64,000 nucleotides of DNA from an uncultured Planctomycetaceae bacterium (GTDB lineage: Bacteria > Planctomycetota > Planctomycetia > Planctomycetales > Planctomycetaceae): NCBI GenBank assembly GCA_963815195.1, contig CAWFGE010000012.1:64001-128000 (forward strand), written 5' to 3'. Positions 57,430 to 64,000 of this stretch are shown here, in pieces (positions within the stretch are counted from its first letter, which is position 1; each line of letters starts with the position of its first letter). Under the pieces are notes generated by a model that did no database searches, was not told the DNA's origin, and was given only the letters and a program-made list of their open reading frames with translations. The position numbers and the translations under genes are program-made.

Positions 57430-59806
57430 CTATGGAAGTCCGCCCTCGAGCGGCGAGGCCGGTTGGAGGCGGCGGCGCGAGCGGAGGGCGAGAACGCCGG
57501 CGACGACCAAAGCCGCGGCGAGCGCAAGGCCGGTCAAGAGCGCGTTCAAGACGAAGAACTGCCGCACCATGACCGCCAGCACGATGAGGCACAACAGCCC
57601 AAACCCCCAGCGGAATCGCCAGGCCATCAAGAGTTCGACCATCACCAATGCGAACACCGCCATCAATAGCCAGCGGGTGAGGCCGCCTCGCTCGGTTTGG
57701 GCGCTGTCCGCCACTTGCGGGCCGTCTTCCCAGCGGGTGAGGTGTTGGAATTTGACGCCGGGCAGAAGATCGCTTTCCAATTCCTTTCGGCCCACGTAGC
57801 TCAGCTTGCCCTCGAGGGGGTTCACGTTGACGGCGTACCATTCCGTGCGGTTGATGGGCGTTCCCAGTTTCAATTCGTAGATGCCCGCGCGATCGGTTTT
57901 TTCGTAGAAGACGCGGCTGAACTGTTTGGTCTCGGCCGGGCGAAGGGCGGTCTCCTCGCCGTCGGGCCGCGTGACCGTGATGGGGACGTTAAACGCCCGC
58001 ACGACCTGCGAAATCGGCTGGCCCACGAGTTTCTGGCGGTCGCTCCACCGCCCGGACACCGCGAAGCGGACCGACTCGTGCACGATCGGCAAAAAGCTGG
58101 TCTGCGGCTGCACCGGCCACGCCCCCCAGTCGCTCGCGGCGGAGGTGGTGAAAAGGATCACCCGGCCCTGCCCCAAAGGGGATTCCAGAATCGCAGGATC
58201 GGTGGTGTTCGTGAACTTCAGCACCTGCACCGCGCGGCTCGCCGCGGGAATTTCGACGGGGAAGTACCGGAAGATCAGCGTGTTTTCCAAGCCCGCGCCG
58301 GGATTGCCTTGGTACTGGTTGACGATCGGGTGCTCGAGATTCCGCCGGGTCGAAGGTGTAGAGCTTGTCCGGGTCGGGATTCTTGGCATCGCCGACCGCG
58401 GGCCGGAGCTTCACCGGCAAGACGCCTTTGCCGCCGTCGTAGAGCACCTGGTTGTAGTTCTGATATTTGACCTGGTCGCCTAATGTCATGATGAGGCCCC
58501 CGCCGCTTTCGACGTAGGATTTCAAAAGGGCGGCATCCTCCGGCGTGAACAGGCCGATGTTCGCGAGGATCACGCAGTCGTAGCGAAACAGGTCGGCGCT
58601 ACGCAGTTCGTTTTCCCCGATGATCGTCGGGCGGGTGACGCCGTCCCACGGCTGATTCACCGTTCGCGGCCGCAGGGCGGTCTCGAGATAATACGTGGCG
58701 TTTTCCGAAGGCCGGCCCCCGATCTTCCCGTTGACCAACAGCACATTGAGTTCATCTTTCACCGGCATCGACAAAAATCGGCTGTTGTCGATCGGAAGCG
58801 CATCGCCGGTGATGCGGGCTTCCAAGCGGTGCTCGCCCCGGCCGGAGAACGTGTAGTTGAACTCGACCGGCACTTCTTCGCCCGGCGGCAGATCGACCTG
58901 CCGGGTCTGCGCGAGCCGGCCGTCCACATGGAGTTCCACAAGCTGCTCGGAGACGAGCACGCTGCCCAGGTTGGTCACGTTGGCCTGCACATGCGCGGGA
59001 CGGCCCACGGTGACGAACGACTCGGTCGCGGCGAACTGCGTGACGGCCACGTTCGGAGCCGCGGACTGCCCGACATCCAAAAGCGACAGGCTCGCCTTGC
59101 TGGCCAGCTGCTGGAGCAATCGGCGAATCTGCACCCGCCGGCCGCTGGTATCCGGGGCCCAACTCGCCCGCTGAAAATCGCTGATGACGATGACCTCTTT
59201 CTGCGTGATCTCCGGGACCTCTTTGAGAAGCTGCTCCACATCCCGAAGTGCCGCCACCAGATCGCCCGTTTCGTGGCTTTGCCTCAGGTCTTCGAGTTCT
59301 TTGAGCACCTGGCTTTTCTGAAACGCCGGCTTCTGCACGATCACCCGCGGCGGCATGTCTCCCATCCGCACCAGGTTGAGGGCGTCGCCCTGCCGGGATC
59401 CCGACACGATCCGCCGGGCCGCGTCCTTCGCATGCTCGAACCGGCTGAACTCCGCCGGCTGAAACGCCATGCTGTAGGACGTATCGACCACGATAATCCG
59501 GTGCGTGGGCATGTCCGCCTGGAAGAACGTGCCGAAGGACGTCATGTAAGGCTGGGCGAGCGCGCACACCAAAAGCAGCAAGATCAGCACGCGGACCATC
59601 AGCAGGATCAGTTGCTCGATCCGGATCCGCCGGGAGTTCTTCCGCGCGGCCTCGATCAAAAACCGCATCGCCGCCCACGACGTCTCGCGGTATTTTCGCT
59701 TGTGCAGAAGATGGATCATGATGGGAATCCCCCCCAACAGCCCCCACCACAGCATCCCCATGCTGGCAAATCCATCAAACGCGAATAACGGCAACGGCAA
59801 ATTCAT
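57430..59806 (-). CDS. BatA-domain/VWA membrane protein; apparent frameshift ~58340
   Basis: PIMIHLL..WAAMRFL, MIDAS motif DTSYSM, ISDFQ, DNSRF, YAVNVNPLEG, C-terminal TM helices. Confidence 0.85.
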
Positions 59807-59833
59807 AATGGACGGTTTATTTCAGTTCGGGCG

Positions 59834-60097
59834 TTAACGCAAAGGCGCAAAGAGAAGACGCAAAGGGCACAAAGATTTCATGAGTCAATCTTTCCGCCGA
59901 TCCCAATCACACACTTCGATCTTGTTTCGCCCGGTTCATTTGCCAAGTCGAAAATCGCCTCGCATCAGACGCTTCCCCCAAGGGGAGGTGAAAGAGCGCG
60001 GACAAGAAATTCTTTAACACCGTCGTTGTTCCCCCCTGACTCTCCGGAAGAACCAAATTAGCATTAGTGTTCCCAAAGCTGTTTGCCTTTGCGTTAA
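59834..60097. repeat. 264-bp segment bounded by 13-bp inverted repeats
   Basis: TTAACGCAAAGGC (59834) ... GCCTTTGCGTTAA (60097); left end carries reiterated CGCAAAG. Confidence 0.6.
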
Positions 60098-60110
60098 GAT
60101 TAATGATCTT

Positions 60111-61300
60111 TTACTCACAGATCCCCAGGTCTTTGCCGACGGCGGCAAATTGGGTGACGGCGAATTCCAGGTCTTCCTGGGTATGGGCGGCGGAGATTTG
60201 GGTACGGATGCGAGCTTGTCCCTGCGGAACGACGGGATAGGAAAACCCGATCACGTAGATGCCCTTCTCCAACAAGGCGTCCGCCATTTTCGTGGCCAGG
60301 GCCGCGTCGCCGAGCAGGATCGGACAAATCGGATGCTCGCCGGGCAGGATCTGAAAACCGAGCCCCCCCATCTTTTCGCGGAAGAATTTCGTGTTCGCCT
60401 CCAGGCGGTCCCGGAGTAGGGTGGACTCCATCAGCAATTCTAGGGCGCGGAGGGAGCCTCCGACAATCGCCGGGGCCACGGTGTTCGAAAACAAATACGG
60501 CCGCGACCGCTGCCGGAGGAGTTCGATGATCTCTTTTCGCCCGCTCGTGTAGCCGCCGCTCGCGCCGCCCAGGGCTTTGCCCAAAGTGCCCGTGAGGATG
60601 TCCACCCGGTCCATGACGTGATGATATTCGTGCGTCCCTCGGCCGCGCAGCCCCATGAAGCCCACCGCGTGGGAATCGTCCACCATCACCAGCGAGTCGT
60701 ATTTCTCCGCCAGATCGCAAATGGCCGGCAGGTTGGCGATGTAACCGTCCATCGAAAACACCCCATCGGTGGCGATCAATCGAAACCGCGCGCCCTTCGC
60801 CGCCTGGAGCTGTTTTTCCAGATCCGCCATGTCGTTGTTTTGATAGCGAAACCGCTGGGCTTTGCATAAGCGGACGCCGTCGATGATGCTCGCGTGGTTG
60901 AGCGCATCCGAGAGCACCGCGTCCTCGGCTCCCAGCAGCGTCTCGAACAGCCCGCCGTTGGCATCGAAGCACGAGGTGTAAAGGATCGTGTCTTCCGTCC
61001 CCAAGAACTCGCTGATGCGGCGTTCCAGGTCTTTGTGAATCTGCTGCGTGCCGCAAATGAACCGCACCGACGCCATCCCGTAACCCCAGCGGTCGAGCGT
61101 TTCGTGGGCGGCTTTGACGATCTCGGGATGCTCCGCCAGGCCCAGGTAATTGTTGGCGCACATGTTGAGCACCGCGCACCCCCGGCGACGGCGATGTGGG
61201 CATCCTGCGGCGTGGTAATCACCCGCTCGGCTTTGTACAAACCCGCAGCGCGGATTTGATCGAGTTCATCAAGAATCTGCCGCCGCATCGCCCCAAACAT
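60111..61300 (-). CDS. kbl: Glycine C-acetyltransferase (2-amino-3-ketobutyrate CoA ligase); apparent frameshift ~61180
   Basis: [71 protein letters not shown]. Confidence 0.94.
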
Positions 61301-61521
61301 CACCCACCTCCTCGAATATCGGACATGCCCATTCCCAGCTCAACTTTAGCAGTTCTCCCCAGCCACTGCATCATTGGGCGTCTGGCGGATGGAAATTGTG
61401 TGCGTGTGTGTTTTGCGTTTTGCCGCAGCCCCAATGCAAAAGCCAGGCCCCTTCTTTTGGGGCCTGGCTTTTGCATTTCGGAGCGAGGATCGCCGGTCGT
61501 TGCTCTGGCTTGTGTTCCGAC

Positions 61522-61828
61522 TCAAGCGGTCTGATCTTTGGGGGCTTGCGGGGCGGATTCCGGGGGCTCGAATTTGGGGGCGGTGGTTTCGGCCCGTTCT
61601 TCCGCGGGCACGGGCCGGCTGCTTGGGGCCGAGCTGTGGTCGTGAACCGCCCGGTTGACGTCGTCCTCGACGCCCGCGATGCCTTTCTTGAACTCCACGA
61701 TGCCTTTGCCCATGCTGCGGGCGACTTCGGGAAGACGCTTGCCAAACAACAACAGGGCGATGACTCCGATAATCATCATTTCCATCGGCCCGGGAGACTC
61801 CGATAAACGCCAAAATGCTCATTGCCAT
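61522..61828 (-). CDS. TatA/TatB-family twin-arginine translocase subunit; apparent frameshift ~61795
   Basis: GPMEMMIIGVIALLLFGKRLPEVARSMGKGIVEFKKG. Confidence 0.88.
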
Positions 61829-61885
61829 TGCTCGATTCCTCAACTGATGATGGATGGGGAGTGTAAGTGGATAAACGAAACCCGT

Positions 61886-62098
61886 TCAGTTTTCCTGGTG
61901 CTCGTTCTCGCGGGGTTTGGCTTTGGCCTCGTCTTCGCCGTCTTTCATTCCGCTTTTGAACTCGGTGATGCTTCGGCCCACGCTCCGCATGGCTCCGGGG
62001 AGGCGGTTTCCAAACAACAGCAACACAATGCCCGCAATAATGGCCAACTCAAACGGGCCGGGCATTCCGATTCCAAAGGCAAGCAGCGAGAAATTCAT
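61886..62098 (-). CDS. tatA: TatA-family twin-arginine translocase subunit
   Basis: PGPFELAIIAGIVLLLFGNRLPGAMRSVGRSITEFKSG; GGAGG RBS. Confidence 0.9.
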   Translation of the reverse strand: MNFSLLAFGIGMPGPFELAIIAGIVLLLFGNRLPGAMRSVGRSITEFKSGMKDGEDEAKAKPRENEHQEN

Positions 62099-62307
62099 GA
62101 AAGCTCCTCCGGCGGGAAAGGTGGATGTTCCGTGGACAAAGCCTTAGGGGAACAACTGGAGACAGTTGAGGAATGGATGGGCAGGTGGAGAGAATGAGCC
62201 AAACCAGCAGAACACCCAAACCTCAAACGGCAGGCTTCGATTGTGTTGGATGTCCACTCGGAAGGCCCGCTGATGGCAGAGCAGGTGGGATGAGCGGATG
62301 TAGCATT

Positions 62308-62335
62308 ATCATACCCGCCCAAAACCGCATGTCAA
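62308..62335 (-). promoter_or_regulatory. Putative sigma-70 promoter of the tat genes
   Basis: Minus strand TTGACA-N16-TATGAT. Confidence 0.55.
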
Positions 62336-62730
62336 CGGTCAATTTCCCAGAATCCGCCGGCCTCGCCCGCGGCGCGATCGTCGCCTCGGCCTAAAGGTGA
62401 AGTGGCGGTTGAACGGTTTCTTCTTCCATTCTTCGTTTGGATTCGCGGATTTCACCCAAGGCGTTTCGCAGCAACTGAAGGCCGATTAGGGCGGTCGCGA
62501 GAGAGTAAACCCCGATGGCAAAATACTCCTGCTGGGAGGCCCTGATCCACCGGAATTTCACCGCGACCGAAGTCGTCAATAACGGAAGCCGTTATGGCTG
62601 ACGATTTCCCTCACCGTCGCACCGCAGTCCGGGCAACGTGTGATCTCGATATGCGTCTGCATTTTCAGTGATCCTGCGCTCTGGCCTCTGCTCGGAATGT
62701 TGAAAAGGATAACCCAATTCCTTCAGAGAA

Positions 62731-63185
62731 TCACTCCAAAACCGTCAGCGGGCGGGCGGTGCCGGCCCGTTTGGGCAAGGGCAAAAACCGGCCGATGGAA
62801 AACTTGCCCGGCCCGACGAGCAGAATCGGCAATAAAAGGCCGATGAGGGCCAGGTTGTATTCGTAGCCTTGGTTCGCGAGAAAGAACCCCTTCTCGCCGT
62901 GGACCATGGCGATCGCTCCGATCATGATCACGATGTTCGAGGCGGCCGAGAAGCGGGCTAAAAAGCCGACGACAATTCCCGCCCCGCCCAGACACTCCCC
63001 GACCGCGACCAGGTAACCGATCGGCCCCATCGCTTTCACGAACGCTTCCAAGCCCGGCCCGCCGAAGGCTCCGAACAATTTCTGCGCCCGTGGGCGGCAA
63101 AGATCGCCCCCACGACCACCCGCATCGCCAATAAGGAAATCTCCACCGCCCAGCGGTCCTGCTGTTGTGTTCCGTCGGTGCTCAT
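62731..63185 (-). CDS. DoxX family membrane protein; apparent frameshift ~63095
   Basis: LLAMRVVVGAIFAAHG-AQKLFGAFGGPG, GFFLANQGYEYNL, GPGKFSI. Confidence 0.85.
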
Positions 63186-63379
63186 CTGCTGCTTCCTCTT
63201 TGGTGAATCGATTTTGGCATTGAATTTCCCCCACCCATTGTCGCGAACTTTATCCCAAAGCGAAACCTTCAGAGACCGTATGCCTCGATCTGGGCGGAAT
63301 CGGTGCGAATCGGGTTTGGATTGTGTATGCTGGCGGGGGTTGGATTCTTTGGTTCTTCCACCACGAATGAGGTTCGCCA

Positions 63380-64000
63380 ATGGTTGTTCGATTTTCTTCC
63401 GCCGCGATATTGATTGCGTTGACGGTCTGTCAGGGGGCGGTTTTGTTTGCGGACGAGGCCGAATTTCAGCCGCTGTTTAACGGGAAGAACCTGGACGGCT
63501 GGGTCCGCGTGAATACCGCGCCTTCGACCTGGCGCGTGGAAGACGGGATGGTGATCTGCTCGGGCAAGCCCATCGGCGAATTGCGGACCGAGCGGATGTA
63601 TCAGAACTTTATCTTGGAGACTCGAATGGCGGCACATGAAGCCAGCGGGGAACGCGGGCGTGTTTATCTGGGCCGACGACATCACCGCGCGGGGTGTGCC
63701 GTTTCATCGCGGGATCGAAGTTCAGGTGTTGGAAAACGCCTACGGCAACACGAAGAGCCACACCACCCACGGCGACATCTTTCCGATCCACGGGGCGACG
63801 ATGACGCCGATCAACGGCCGCGGCGGCAGCCGGGCGTTTCCCACCGAGTCCCGTTCCAAGCCCAGCCCCGAGTGGAACCATTACCGCATCGAATGCCGGG
63901 ACGGAGAAATCTCCCTCGCCGTCAACGGCAAAGTCGTCACCCGCGGTAAGGATTGCAACCCGAGGAAAGGCTACATCTGCCTGGAGTCCGAAGGCGGCCT
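63380..64000 (+). CDS. DUF1080 (3-keto-disaccharide hydrolase-like) protein, runs off the window; apparent frameshift ~63620
   Basis: Signal peptide, FQPLFNGKNLDGW, WRVEDG, LRTERMYQNFILE; then GNAGVFIW, EWNHYRI, GYICLESEG. Confidence 0.85.

Noticed and set aside
60111..61300. bioF call because bioB is nearby
   Set aside because: [19 protein letters not shown] and ARIRTQ motifs identify Kbl, and it is not in an operon with bioB
62391..62579. 62-aa minus-strand ORF with one hydrophobic stretch
   Set aside because: Could be a gene fragment, but it has no clear start, RBS or family signature

Overview
A 64 kb, GC-rich chromosomal segment, almost certainly from a planctomycete (DUF1559 prepilin gene with its partner lipoprotein, DUF1080, PQQ-like beta-propellers, BatA/VWA protein, sulfatase). 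In order it holds: glgX-treY; a sigma-54-type promoter, a DUF4396 gene and a complete alternative complex III (actABCDEFG)-SCO-caa3 type-A2 cytochrome c oxidase operon, then chdC/hemQ; a minus-strand operon with a giant membrane-anchored TPR-like protein, a TPR protein, exbB and three exbD (two from a recent tandem duplication), with no tonB; an ABC-2 transporter; GT9; a DevB-DevC-DevC-DevA exporter whose ATPase carries a cyclic-nucleotide-binding domain; an SGNH hydrolase, a HesA-like protein and a sulfatase; DUF4350/DUF4129 genes; an ORF-less, internally deleted group IIC intron remnant directly behind an intrinsic terminator; two beta-propeller proteins; bioB; DUF1559; BatA/VWA; kbl; two tatA-family genes; DoxX; and a partial DUF1080. 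Intergenic spaces contain several families of REP-like palindromes and short-period repeats. Roughly two dozen single-base frameshifts are spread through otherwise intact genes. These most likely reflect unpolished long-read sequence rather than pseudogenisation, so split genes are reported joined. All assignments come from motif recognition by eye; no searches were run.
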